Positions 12,586 to 25,171 of a stretch of DNA of 64,000 bases are shown in pieces (position 1 is the stretch's first letter; each line of letters opens with the position of its first letter). The notes below the pieces were generated by a model, which did not search any database, was not told the origin of the DNA, and worked only from the letters and a program-made list of their open reading frames with translations. The stretch spans positions 408,766,001 to 408,830,000 of the forward strand of contig OZ024740.1 in NCBI GenBank assembly GCA_964016885.1, written 5' to 3'. The stretch comes from Eledone cirrhosa (lineage: Eukaryota). The translations under genes were made by a program, and so were the position numbers.

Positions 12586-13396
12586 TCTTTAGTATTTAAA
12601 CCGACACTATCTGGCCAGAATTCTCTCACATCATTCTGTTCAAACCGGCCATAACTGGCCACTCATACTGACATTAAGGTATTGTTCTCAAAAGAAATAT
12701 CAAAATCTTGTAGATTAAAGCTGTATATAGCTATGGTGTGGCCACATTTAGAATTTGCATCACCAGTCTGGAACCCCTATCTTGCTCAGAAAATTGACCG
12801 CCTGGAAACTGTTCAGAGATCTGCAACCAAGCGAATACCCTCCATCAGGCATCTACCATACTCTGAACGCCTTGCTTCCCTGGGCATGGATACATTGAAG
12901 CTCCGACGTCTGGCAACTGACTTGGTAAACACCCACAAAATTATTAACCATCTTGCCAACAACAACCCTGAGTACCTTTTTGATTTCCATGTGTCAAACA
13001 CACGTGGGCATGCCCAAAAAGTCAGAAAACAGCACAGCTTCCATGATTTTCAGAAACATTTTTTCACGCTCAGAGTTGCTGAAGCATGGAACAAACTACC
13101 TGTATCAGTTGTTAGCTGTCGAGACACTGCATCCTTTAAAACCTCCATGCTTCCTGAGATTTGCTAACACTACACCTAATATCCCCCCCTCCATACACAC
13201 ACACACATGTATATCATGACTCATACACTATTCACTTCCCTGACATTTGTATATTATTCTATGTACTACACATGCACCTTTGATGAGTTGTGCACCTGAG
13301 CACTATTATTATTATTATTCAATATTATGTGAGATAAAGCCTTTACCACAAAAATACAATAGTATATATAGAGTAATATAAATGCTAAAGGTTTAA
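12586..13396. mobile_element. TTAA-type MITE split by a CR1 insertion
   Basis: 12586-12716 and 13320-13396 join to reproduce the uninterrupted copy at 47153-47355 (...aaaatct..tagatt | caatattatgtgagataaag...). Confidence 0.75.
12717..13319 (+). mobile_element. 5'-truncated CR1-group LINE: ORF2 C-terminus, 3'UTR and (ATT)n tail
   Basis: 'LYIAMVWPHLEFASPVWNPY...LETVQRSATK...YSERL...LRRL..DL...TRGH...FFTLRV...WNKLP' is the characteristic CR1 post-RT region. Confidence 0.88.
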
Positions 13397-15244
13397 GGTC
13401 TATTTTCCATACCTGTAATATTTTTTCGACATTCATACCACCACCACCAACATGCGGAAATATTTCAACTGGCATACATTGTCCATTCTCACAATATAAC
13501 TATTCCAAAATAGTCTAATTTAACTTATGGTGACTGGAAAATACACATCTATTCACGCACGCATGCACACGCACGCACGCACGCACACACGCACACTGTA
13601 GTTGTACATGTTGGACAAGTGACTTGATCTGGGTCTGTGTTGAAACTAAAGCAATTAATTACATGGTAGGTTTTGGCTATTACCTAGCAATGTCTTCTAA
13701 TTTTTTTGTGACCATATTTCTAATGAAATACACTCTATTTCAATTAATTAATGAATAATTTTGAAGGATTTATTAAAATTATTTCATTAGTAAGATAGTA
13801 ACTATTTTTGTTGGTTGAATTTCTTTTTTTCTAATGAGAGTTTTTCCTTCATACATATATGTAAGTGTGTGTATGCCTGTTTTGTTTATCTCTTCTCTTT
13901 GCATTCTGTGTGAATAGGGAGGCTCTTGCTTAGTGGTTAGACATGTGAAAACTTGTACCTTATTTAAGCAAATATGGGTTAACATCAGAGCCATCTAGCT
14001 GTAGCATTTTGCTTCAAGATATCTTCCTCTACCCATGCCAGCATGGAAAAATGGATGTAAGGAAGTAAAACTGATATAAGCATATCTTAAATATAGTATG
14101 TAGTAATATAAAAGTGACTATCATCCACAAGCTATTCATTTATGAGATTCTCTTTTATATAGTCTATATATCTTGTTCCAGCCTTTTTTAAGAGTCAACT
14201 TAGTAGAAACAGCAGTCAGACCTCCCTCAAATTACACTCTGCCTTTAAAAAAGACACCTTAGATAATATAGTTTTTGATACACTGCCAAAAATAAAGATG
14301 GAATGGTTACTCATGACAGCAATGTTTTTGATCAAAGATCTGGTGAATTAGAGCTCACCTGGGCCTAAACAACAACAATACAAACACAGCCGTGTTGTCT
14401 GTTTAATCATAGATTAATTCCTAAAAAAAAACATAAAAAAAAAATTCATTTCTTATTTTATATAACAGACTGCTTAATGGCTCCTTGGAGATTATGGAGA
14501 ATAGAAAGAAACAATAATTGAGATCTTCAGTTGTAGAACCAGGATGTTAGAACAGTTCATATCTTGCTTAATAGATAGTAGTATTGGTTGTGGTAGTGGT
14601 AGTGGTGTTGGCTAAAGAATAGGATGGGAGGATTACAATTGTTGCCTGATAATATCCATATGGTAGGAGATCTTGAAGTGAGAAACTAACTGTTAAAGTG
14701 TTTGGTGTTTCCAATAGCCACTGACAGTTGAGTGTTTTGTATCAAAGACACAGACAAATAAACAGTTTCATACTTTGGTGCTGTTGCAGACCAGCTTAAA
14801 TCATTATAATCATCATTATCATTGTTTAAGCATAGATCTGTGGCCATTGATGTAAGTGTAGGCAGAATGAAGATTTGGTTCAATTCAATAATGGACTACA
14901 GACTAAAAACTGCTTGCTAAGTAGGGAAAAAAAAAGATTCCATAATGGGTCTCAGTAAGTGCAGAGCTATTGCTATTAAGGTCTTACAGAAGTGTGTGTA
15001 TCATAATTTTTTACGGATTTCAGTCATTAGACTGCGGCTATGATGGAGCACTGTCTTGATTTAGTCTACCATATTGACCCCAGTATTTTTGTTATCAAAT
15101 CTGGTACTTATTTTATTGATCTCTTTTTTTTTGTTGAACTTTTAGCTACAGTAAATAAACACAAGTGCAAACGTAAACATAGACACACACACATCCACAT
15201 ACACACATGCATATATATACACATGCACACACACACACACATAT

Positions 15245-15506
15245 ATCATCATCATCGATTAACGTCCATCTTCCACTCTAGCATGGGTTAGACGGGTCCC
15301 ATTTTGAGGCAAGTTGTGTTGGGTGGCTTTGTCTCACTTATATAGGGTTGTTTCTGGCTGGTTTTCTACGGCTGGATGCCCTTCCTAATGCCAACCACAT
15401 TGACAGTGTGGGCTGGGTGTTTTTGCCGTGTCTTTTACATCCACTTTACAGTGTGGGCTGGGGAGAAGGGTGTTTGGGGCGGGGCATACTGTACATATGC
15501 TTCAGC
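15245..15506 (-). mobile_element. RTE 3'UTR fragment, older variant
   Basis: (CAT)n tail next to TA/CA repeat; contains the 'ggatgcccttcctaatgccaacc' core. Confidence 0.75.
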
Positions 15507-15996
15507 TATATATATATGTAAAGGAAGGTAAAAACCCAACTGTGATGCCTAGCAGTTTCGGCTTGTATTCAGCAGCCATTTCAAGGGTGTACTTTTGAAA
15601 AGGTTTGCTGAATACAAGCTGAAAACGGTTAGGCATCATGGTCGGGCTTTTATCTTCCTTTATACTCACTCTGCTTCTTCCCATGCTTAGAGTATTACCT
15701 TTATTTGTGATCTCCCTAGTCTTTATATATGAGAGGCTTGCCCAGTAGGACTGAACCCAGAACCACATGGTTGCAACATGAACTCCTCATCCACATGGCC
15801 TTGCTAGATAGATAGATAGATAGATCTTTAGTGTAGTATCTTTTCATGCATCTTGATTCTGTATTATCTTGTTAGTTGTTAGGTCTGATGTAACTATTTC
15901 ATCTCCAGTTTTACTCAATCTACCTTTAAACCTTTAAACAGTTCAAACTTACTGTATACATTGTCAATTCTTATCTCGATTGACAACACAACACAT

Positions 15997-16372
15997 GATC
16001 ACCGTTTAACGTCTATTTTCCACACTGGCATGAGTTAGATGAGTTATCCTGTTGTGAGCAGTGTCAGCTGAGGTGACCATGTCTTGCTCATACTGAACCG
16101 ATTTTAGCTTGGTTTCTACAGCTGGATGCCCTTCCTAATGCCAACCTCATATACAGTGAATACTGGGTGCTTTTTGTCATGATGCTTACACAACCACATT
16201 ATAGTGTGGGCTGGGCGCTTTTTACTGTGTCACCATCATGACCACTTTACAGTGTGGGCTGGAGGCTTCACTGGATGAATACTACAGCTTGTCTTCATGG
16301 GAAAAGTATGGGAGTGAGTGGGGTGGTACATACTATATATATGCTTCAGCTTCGGCTTGTGTCCATGGGATG
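15997..16372 (-). mobile_element. RTE subfamily B-like 3'UTR fragment
   Basis: Homologous to 31-350 and 49342-49670. Confidence 0.75.
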
Positions 16373-17185
16373 TTGTATTTGATATACACTATCTGTGATA
16401 AAATAACATCCAAGAGATCACACTCAATTTATACTCATTTCTCAATCAATGTTACAACCACTAACAGTGGAATACAAGCATGTTTCACACTTTACATGGC
16501 TCATATGATCTGTCAGTATATGTAACAATTCTTGAAATTTCTTCTCCCCCTCTTGAACTGCTGTTACTTGCCTCTTACTTCCAACAAGCCACCAGAATAG
16601 CTTGTCTTCGTACCTGCTTATGCTGTTCTCTATGCTAACACTAAACGTTCCTATTTCCTATCAGTCTGCTTGTGTTTGTGCACTCATTGTTTGTATGACT
16701 TCACAGTATAGAGTTCCTTCCTACACATGAAGAAAAAACTGTTTACCTGGTGCTACTGAGACTTTCAGGTCTTTGCTACTCACTAGTAGTACATAATATG
16801 TTCCAATTCATGTCTTATGACTCAAATTCTTTCCTTCTTATTTTTAAATTTCATTTTAGTAGTTATTTGGCTGAACTTGGTAGCCAGCATACAGAATTTC
16901 CCATGGTCTGTAATCCTTTAACTGCATCAAATATTCAAATGAAGAGAAGTGACCTCAATTGTTCAATAAATTCCTCATTGAGTTTAATACACTCTTAGAG
17001 TAAAATAACATGGTATCATAACTTGAGACAAGTTTAAATGGCTGAAAGTTGATATTGACATTTTAACAGCTATTTCTCTTGAGAGAGAAATATGGGATAG
17101 AAAGTAGGAGGAAAGAGACCTGTGACAGCTAAGCAGGTAACAGTTTGACACAGAGGGAGATAGTTTCATGCATATATATATATAT

Positions 17186-17288
17186 ATGGAGATGCCGAAG
17201 GACCGTGATGGGTGGAGAGATGCTGTGCTGAATAGGACCCATCCAACCCTTGCAAGCAGGAAAAAGCGGACGTAAAATGATGATGATT
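17186..17288 (+). mobile_element. 3' stub of a third RTE lineage (ORF end, almost no UTR) inside (TA)n
   Basis: Translates MEMPKDRDGWRDAVLNRTHPTLASRKKRT*, with the RTE 'DR..WR' motif, followed by (GAT)n. Confidence 0.6.
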
Positions 17289-18031
17289 ATATATATATAT
17301 ATATATACACACGTGATAAATGAAAATTCGCGATATAGAGAGACCATAAAGACAACCGTTGTTTTCATAGTTTAGGCCTTAAAATACCTCTCCTACATGC
17401 TTTAAGTACATATAAACTTATTAAACAGTGAGTAACGATCGTACCACTAGTTACCAATGACAATCATTACCAGTCATGTTAGCCCCTTGGTAATACACTG
17501 CACATTTCCCATCAATCTATAAAGGGTTTATAGTAGATTAGAGAAAAACACAATCAGTAAAACAGTAATGGAATGAAAAATAAAAACATACCCCTTCCTT
17601 ACGCTATACACTTCAATCACATCGACACTTATTTAATAAGTTTAAATTTCAAACACTATATAGTGTACATAGGTGAGACAGCTCGTAGTATAGGGGAACG
17701 GATAAATGAACACTGGCGAGACCTTCAAGATAATAAAGAATCATCTGTACTCTACCAACATGCTAAGATAGAACACAAGGGTAAATTAGAGAACATAGAA
17801 ATAAAAATAGAATCCACACACAGAAAAGATGCAATGTTTAGGCAAATCACAGAGGCAGTAAGCATAAAAGAATTACAACCAAAATTAAATAGAAAATATG
17901 AGTGGAACAGCAACATCACAACTTATAATTAAGGACAAAATGAAAACACACACACACATAGAACAAACAACCAACCAACAACATGTAAATAAATAAACAA
18001 ATAGATAAATGAACACAAACACACACAGACA

Positions 18032-18090
18032 CCCGGATGTGGCGCATGCGCAAACTGAGCACACAACACACACACAGAAACAAAATGGCG
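18032..18090 (+). promoter_or_regulatory. Candidate internal promoter motifs in the Penelope pLTR
   Basis: CCGGATGT (ETS-like), GCGCATGCGC (NRF1 consensus, 18042-18051) and CAAAATGGCG (YY1-like, 18081-18090) clustered in otherwise CpG-poor DNA. Confidence 0.4.
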
Positions 18091-18135
18091 TAGGACAGAA
18101 GAAAGGAAAGGCACAGAAACAAAGAAAGGAATCCC

Positions 18136-18180
18136 AGTCACTGAAGAGGTCACAGAGTGTGTGACGAAAGGACTATGACT
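18136..18180 (+). ncRNA. Minimal type I hammerhead ribozyme
   Basis: agtca-CTGAAGA-g-gtcac(agagtgt)gtgac-GAAA-ggacTA-tgact: stem I agtca/tgact, stem II gtcac/gtgac, very short stem III. Confidence 0.75.
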
Positions 18181-18400
18181 ATATATAAACAACTATCTGG
18201 TTGTGGAACCAACCAACCAACCAGAAATTTATAAGTTTGTAGATTTGTAAATTTATAAATTTATAAATATATAATAAATTGAAGTGAAAGCAACTGGTGC
18301 GTGTGTTTCTTATTGGCAACATGACCCTCCCAAAGTATAACAATATCGGTTTCAACACACGATTTCAGATAAAGAATCTTGCTAAACAAATTCAGAAACG

Positions 18401-18449
<49 letters not shown>

Positions 18450-18452
<3 letters not shown>

Positions 18453-18502
18453 CATCATCGTTTAATGTCTATCTTCCACGCTAACATGGGTTTAGATGGG
18501 AG
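18450..18502 (-). mobile_element. ~50-bp RTE 3'-terminal stub in (TA)n
   Basis: CATCATCGTTTAATGTC...TTCCACGCTAACATGGGTT matches the RTE termini elsewhere in the window. Confidence 0.7.
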
Positions 18503-18523
18503 CATGGGTTTAATATATATATA

Positions 18524-18576
<53 letters not shown>

Positions 18577-18589
18577 ATGTATGTATGTA

Positions 18590-19157
18590 TCATCACACCA
18601 CATCACTCGTCGACTACTGTCGAGATGACGGATCTCACTCTCATACCCCAGAATTCCAGGAACCCTGGTGCAGTTGGTTGTGAAATCCATCATCTTTTCA
18701 AATAGCTAATAATGTGTGTGGGCGCCACTACTACACACATGTGAAAGAATTTGACAGCCAAGTCTTGAAGAAGGTGCTTTCTCCTCCGTGTGGTGGGTTA
18801 CCTGGCATTTATACCCTCGCCCTAATTGTTCGTGTTGCAAGCACTAGAGTAGTCGCTAACCAAAGCTACGGACCCACTCTATCCGTCTGGAGATACGTTG
18901 TACTAGCTTACCAGCATACTAGTAGCAGGAAGTTGACTTTTCCGGCACTGCAGCGCCTTTCGGCGGGCCATGCTGGTTTTGGATGGCCATTGACTCCAAG
19001 AGCTCCCAGGAGTTCCTTTGCCCTTTGACAGGTTTTGTTTTTAGTCCTGCAGGATGTCCAAAGTCACCCTCCTCACCAAGAAATCTTAGTGGGGTTGCCA
19101 GGTTAGTCGCCAACGACCCGACCATGAGACAGGTTGAACTGGGATACATGTTACCAG
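18590..19157 (-). mobile_element. Non-coding ~570-bp retroposon, probably a bipartite RTE-derived non-autonomous element
   Basis: GC/CpG-richer block with a terminal hairpin (gtcgac-tact-gtcga) beside a CATCAC tail. Flanked on both sides by GTATGTATGTAT; the 5' part resembles RTE 5'UTRs from memory. Confidence 0.5.
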
Positions 19158-20329
19158 TATGTATGTATAATATTCAGGTATGTGTTGATGTGGGAAAACA
19201 TTTAAATGAATTGAAATTTGTTTCTTAGTTGGAGAAAGAAGGCAATATCTTAGTCCCAGCTGTTAGTGACTCTGAGAGAAAAGAAGGGAGGGGGGTGATT
19301 TTAAGAAATTAATTAATTTCACAGAAAATTCAATTTTCATGTTTAGGGGAAAAATCTGTTCTTTGTCAATAGGTAAGGTGACAAATATAGACATGTTCCT
19401 GTCTTAGACCTCAACAGCAAACCAGTCTTCCCAAGTCAGCTGTATAATATTGACTCTTTTCTTTGCTCTCATATAAAACTAAAAACAATTGATTCTGTTC
19501 AAGCTGTCTTTGTGTAAATTATAGAAAATATTTTGGACAGGAAATTGCCACCCCCCTCATCTGTGTGTGTGTATTTCTCTTTATATATTTATTTCCCCTT
19601 TCTCACTATCTCCCATTAACTCTCTCTCTCCTCTTTCTACTACTTTTCTCTTTTTTATCATCACCTCTATCTCTTTGCCTCTCCTATTGTCTTTCCTAAT
19701 GGGGAGTATGTCTCTTTCTCAGAGTGTTCCCGCTAACGTTGTCGTCATGGTGAACATATCTGAAAGCATCTGTTCTGATTCAGTAATTAGTTTATCTTAT
19801 ATTAATTGATATTAGAAGTGAAAGATTACAGAGATGGTTGTGATGATGAACAATTTACTTTTAAAGTAGAGGTTCCCTTGGTTCGTGTATCTAGTATATA
19901 ATATACATAAAATGATAGTGCTTATATTTACACTAGTGACATGCTGTGCTGGAGGAGAATCACCCTCTGCTGCAAAGCATTCTTATACTATTCATTATAC
20001 CTATACCTCCTCATTTTCCAACTTCTATCTAATTCACTGAACCACACCTCCATGTAACAAGAGATGACATTTGATCTGCCTGTATTTAATCCTTCCATCA
20101 CCCATTATATTTTCAGTATCATTATCCCTCTATCTCTATCTCCTTAATACACATCTATCTCCCTAACTCTCTTTCATCTCAGTGGTATATATATGACCCA
20201 AGGAAATATAAAACAATTATATTCAAATATACACACATATACACCAGATCCAAACACAAAAGAACCAAACTCCCACTGCCTCTGTCCCTCCCACTCTTCC
20301 CATCTCTCACTATTGTGAGCAAATGGGGG

Positions 20330-20500
20330 CTTATGCGCTGCCGCCACCTGGTCCTGGTGGACAGAATAGAGTAGGTGTTTCCCCGGAGGATGATGAGAGA
20401 GACGTGCTGGAAGAACCATTCCAGCTTGTGAGGCTGGTTATGTTATGAGGGCGGGCATCCAATCTGTTTATATTCAGTGCTTCTGGTTGGCACCCTCTAC
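20330..20500 (-). pseudogene. CRE-clade (restriction-like endonuclease) non-LTR retrotransposon C-terminal relic
   Basis: Minus-strand reading 'KLEWFFQHVSLIILRGNTYSILST' resembles the CRE terminal motif 'LFQRLSxAxxRGNAxxIL'. Confidence 0.55.
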
Positions 20501-20545
20501 TACTAACCATCGTTCTCATTCATGTGGTCACTGGTTGACATCTAC

Positions 20546-20658
20546 CACTTTGCCTTTCATCCTTATGGGGTCAATAAACTAAAGAACCAGGGCTGGTTTA
20601 ATCGACTTTTCCCTCTGTTCAAATTATTGGCCTTGTGCCTAATGTAGAAACAATTATT
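20546..20658 (+). mobile_element. 3' half of a family-2 SINE
   Basis: ctttgcctttcatccttatggggtcaataa...ggccttgtgcctaatgtagaaacaatt. Confidence 0.65.
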
Positions 20659-22272
20659 TGTATGCAGTACATCTAGTTTATAAAACTACCATTAGAAAAT
20701 ATATCTACATATTGTTTAACCGCAAATGTCTTGACCTAGAAGACTTTTTTTTATCAAAAGCTTTCTAATATAGACTATGTCATCTATTTCCTATCCATCA
20801 TGTATCTAGGAGTACATTGTTCAATGTATCTTTTTTAAAAGATAGTTTGCATTCACTTCACAATGAAATCCAGAGCTGAGCACTAGCCTTTAAAAGCTCC
20901 GTTACTAGGAGGTGCAAATGAGGAAGCCTCTATTTGGTCACTCAATCTGCTAGAAATAGCAGCCAAATTACTTTAAATCTTACCTTGTTAAAAGTAGATG
21001 CATTGGATGATCTATAGGATGGTCATAGCTGGAATACATCTGTTCATAGATCTGCCCAATCAGGGCTGACCTGTAGCTAAACAATAATAAAATTCCAATT
21101 GAGTGATCAAGCTTTACGCAGCTACCTCTCTTTTAAAACCACTATTCCAACTCCCGCTATCATTTGGGACTCAAGAGTATTTGACTAATAGGGTGGGTTG
21201 GAATAAGTGGGGGATGAGGTGGTGTAATAAGTAGAGGAGTGGGTTGTTGGAAAATCAGTAATTTTTCAAGGTTGTCTCTGTTGATTTTTTTAAAAACCAG
21301 AATTTGTTGTTTAGTTTACATATTAACACCCGAACCCATCCTATTTATTTTATAACATGTGAGATTATTTGAGACCTGAGAGTACTTGATATTTACATTT
21401 AATTTTGGGATTAATTTTCTGGGTTTATTTCCTACTGTGATTAGCTTTGCCTGTCAGCCATTCTGAATCAATCAGAATGGCTGCAGTAATCAACCCCAAG
21501 CTACTGTGTTTCATTATGTAAAGCTACATTCGTTGCTCTTACAAAAGTTTCCTTATTGGTTTACTTAATTAAGCTGAATGGTGTAACTTATATAATTTAT
21601 CAGTCTTTCTTTGAGAATTATTGGACCAAATCAGGATTGTAGTACTACTTTTTCCCTGTATGAACATACTGGTAGAGCTTTCCATGTAAATATGATATTT
21701 AATAATGACAAAATATGTTCGAATATTTTAAAATTTGCAACCAGTCTCAACATTCTCCCAAAATGCCACATTTGGTTTTGTGTACTTTTGTGTGTGCTAA
21801 CAAATAAGTGATTGTCAGACAAAAACAGCAGTCATATTGTTGCAGTTTATAAGCTAAGTAATCTAATAGTTCAATGCTTTCCTTTGTTTTCTATTCAACT
21901 TAGACACATAATCCAACAATACCTTTATCCAATGATATTCTTTTGTTGTGGAATTTGTGTTGTTTTATTTCCACCTCGCTTTTATTCTGATTTTCGAGAA
22001 CATTGATTCTAATTAAAGTCTTCATTTATTTGATTATTTCAAAGTGACTAATTATTTTTGAGGGCAGCATTTTTTTTTTTGTTTTTGTTTATAGTGTTTC
22101 CACTACCATTTTCGCATGATTCAAACTAATACCATAAAATAGTGAAGCACAGGTTTCTGACAGCTCTTTGAAGTTAAATTTCTGATAAGACAACTGGTCT
22201 GATTTGTAGGACCATTTATTTTTAGCTAAAAAAAAAAAAGACCTGGTCTGGTCTTTTAAAAAATATATATAT

Positions 22273-22831
22273 TGTATAACAAAGTGCAGGGCAATAAAGA
22301 TAGACGGTAGTCACGGAATAGGCAGACCTAGAAAAACCTGGGACGAGCTGATAAACTCCGACATCACACACTTACACCTCTCCAAGACAATGTCACTGGA
22401 CCGAGACCTTTGGCGGTACTCAGTAACAGAGAAGACCCGCCTTACCTAAATATATAGTAAAACCTACTCCAGCCAGTAGGCATCTCTAACAAAATACACC
22501 CCGTCCCACCACCACCACCCCATCCACACCACCCCGTTCTATGTAAAGTTATGTTGGTGCCGCGCCATCCAGGCCGAAACAAATGAGATCGTGTAGGTGT
22601 CACGACAAAAAAAACACACAGTCCACGCTGTAATGTGGCCGTGTAGGCAACACGGTAAAAACCTCCCAGACCCACACTGTAAATGTGGTTGGTGTTAGGA
22701 AGGGCATCCAACTGTAGAAAACCTGCCAGACAGTCCTATGCGAGCAAGACAATCACTCTTGCCTCAAGTGGGACTACCCCCGTCCAAACCCATGCAAGCG
22801 TGGAACACGGACGTTAAACGTTGATGATGAT
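22273..22831 (+). mobile_element. RTE LINE subfamily A, 5'-truncated
   Basis: Near identity to 62554-63236 apart from the 112-bp UTR duplication; (GAT)n tail; short TA run at the 5' side. Confidence 0.92.
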
Positions 22832-23128
22832 ATACCTTTGTTTATTGTAGTTTATTGCAGTTTATTTCTTATTTAAACACGATTTTAAATAACCCTTATT
22901 GTTTTTGTATATTAAAAAATAGTTATCTTTTTCAATATAGAAACATTGGTTAGCTATGTCTATAAAGGGTTAAGTAATTTACATTTTCTTTTCTAAAGTG
23001 GGGGTAGAAGAGTCTAGTTTTCTAATTAAGGTACAAAAGGCTAATTAAATCTTGTGCCTGATCTAGTTCTGCACGTCTTCACAACAATCTATTCATTAGT
23101 TAACCCACTTACTATTAATAAACCTATT

Positions 23129-23325
23129 TTAACCCTTTAGCATTTACATTACTCTATATATACTATTGTACTTTCATGGTAAAGGCTTTATCTCACATAA
23201 TATTGAATCTATGAGATTTTGATATTATTTATTTTGAGAACAATACCTTAACATAACTATAAGCAACCTGTTACGGTTGGTTTGAACAGAGGTGAGAGAA
23301 TTCTGGTTGGATATGGTAGGGTTAA
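23129..23325. mobile_element. TTAA-flanked MITE
   Basis: TTAACCCTTTAGCATTTA...GGGTTAA; homologous to 9166-9375. Confidence 0.7.
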
Positions 23326-23754
23326 AGATATTTTCTACTAAACCATTAGAGGATTTCAAGAGTTGAAAGGATAGAAAGTCAGCAAACAATTCACACCAAT
23401 GTCTAAGTTTGACACTTATGAAGAAAGGCTTCTGTCTGGTTAACATTTTCCAGGCTGACAGTCTATTGTATTTGCAATATTCCTTATATATTCTCATGGA
23501 TTGCTCTCTGTCAAGTAAAAAATAGGAAAATCAACTATATTTTACCAACAAATGTTATACAATGATGGGAAATATAAAAAAAAAGGATAAAAACAAAATT
23601 GAGTAATGAAAAAAGGAGAAAGCCTAAAGAAGGGCAGGTCTGGCTGTAAAGGAAAGGACTATAAATTCCATAAATGAGAAGAAAGGGAGGAAAGAGCAAG
23701 GACTATTAAGCAAGGAAGAAAGAGAGGGGGTAAGGGTGACAGACTCTACACTTA

Positions 23755-23995
23755 AGTCATGGCGGTGTTTTGGCTGTGCCCCCTCGACAAAACTGCAAAG
23801 GCATTTCCGCAGACAATGGCCAGCGATACCCACTGCAACAGTCACTTGCAGGGCTCCTTCCTCATACAGGTTGCTGATGTTTTGATTTTACCAAGGAGCC
23901 TCGACTGTATGGGGTTTGAGGATGCTTGAGGTTCCGACAGCAACCAGTGCAAAGAGGAAGTGGCTAGACAAGCCCCGGTACTTGCTTGTCAATGA
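23755..23995 (-). pseudogene. Second CRE-clade C-terminal relic
   Basis: Minus-strand readings 'SKYRGLSSHFLFALVAVGTSSIL' and 'LLQWVSLAIVCGNAFAVLS' resemble CRE 'KY..L...Y.F.P.AVET.G' and 'QRLSLAV.RGNA..IL'; frameshifted. Confidence 0.6.
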
Positions 23996-25171
23996 CGAAT
24001 AACTGTAAAAATAAAAAATAGCAGACTTCTTGTTTAGATTATGATGTATGTTTCTAGAATGATTTTGACACAGACAGAAAGAATGCTCTAGGAATCATGT
24101 TTTATATGAAATCACAGACTGAATTGAAGACAAAATAAAAAGAGGTTAAAAGGAAGAAAAAAATTGAAAAACAGTAAAATTCATAACTACAGGCTAGTTA
24201 AAGTAAAAAAAATACAAAAAACAAACACTTATTTTAATCAATTGCAGAGAAATAGTTGATCTTTAGCATAGTGCACTGTGTGACAATATACCAGTTTGAT
24301 CTTTCTTAACCTATAGAAAATAAGAAATCATACAAACATACACACACATACATGCATACATATACTTACTCCTTTTCTTTTAAAATATATATATGTTTTA
24401 TTAGGTAAGCAATTGCATGAAGATCAGTAGTAACTTGTGAAATTTCATCTATCTATTTATCTATCTATCTGTCGGTCTGTCCACCTGGCGTATTTGTACA
24501 TTACTAGTAGTTTCCATCTATGCAGTTGTACATAACCAGTGTTTTGGTTAAAGGTATGACTACTGGAACTACTGCTCTAAGTAATGCTGGAATAAGTAAA
24601 ACTGTATATTCAAATTCCACATTATGTGTTGATTGCTCTTTTCATTTGCTTGTATTCCCACCCTTGTATTCCCTCCTTGTTTGTGCATGCTTGTGTGGGT
24701 TGTGCGTTAAAACAATGATTGTGATGATATATTTGTTTTGCAAGGTTTTTGATGTGAAAACGTGTGTTGAAACATATTATGTGTCTCTCTAATTCTCTAA
24801 TTCCATGTGGGACAATTCTTCATCACTCTGATGAGGAGGTAGTAAAATGATGAAGAATGTGACCCACATGTGCGATCCTAAAGAATTAGAGAGACACATA
24901 CAACACTTCATCCACCGCATGCAGTTCACTGGTTACAATCAAAGAGATAAGATCAGGTTGTATAAAAGAGCCAGGGCTAAATGGATGAGTATCATAGAAA
25001 ATGATGTGAATAGGACTTGCCCCATGTATAGGAGCAAATTTTGGAATAGGATTGAGAAGGTCAAGATCATAAATAAGGTCAATTCATGTTATGATAGCAA
25101 CAAATACCAGAGTGTAATGTTCATCAATGCTACCCCCAGAGGTGAACTAATATACAAATTTAGAAGGGCTT

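Larger units (their letters stand above)
17655..18402 (+). mobile_element. Penelope-like element 3' fragment: GIY-YIG endonuclease followed by pseudo-LTR
   Basis: 'VYIGETARSIGERINEH...LYQHAKIEH...RQITEAVSI...PKLN' is a GIY-YIG domain. Downstream are a hammerhead and a putative ORF restart (ATG at 18321), ending in (TA)n. Confidence 0.85.
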
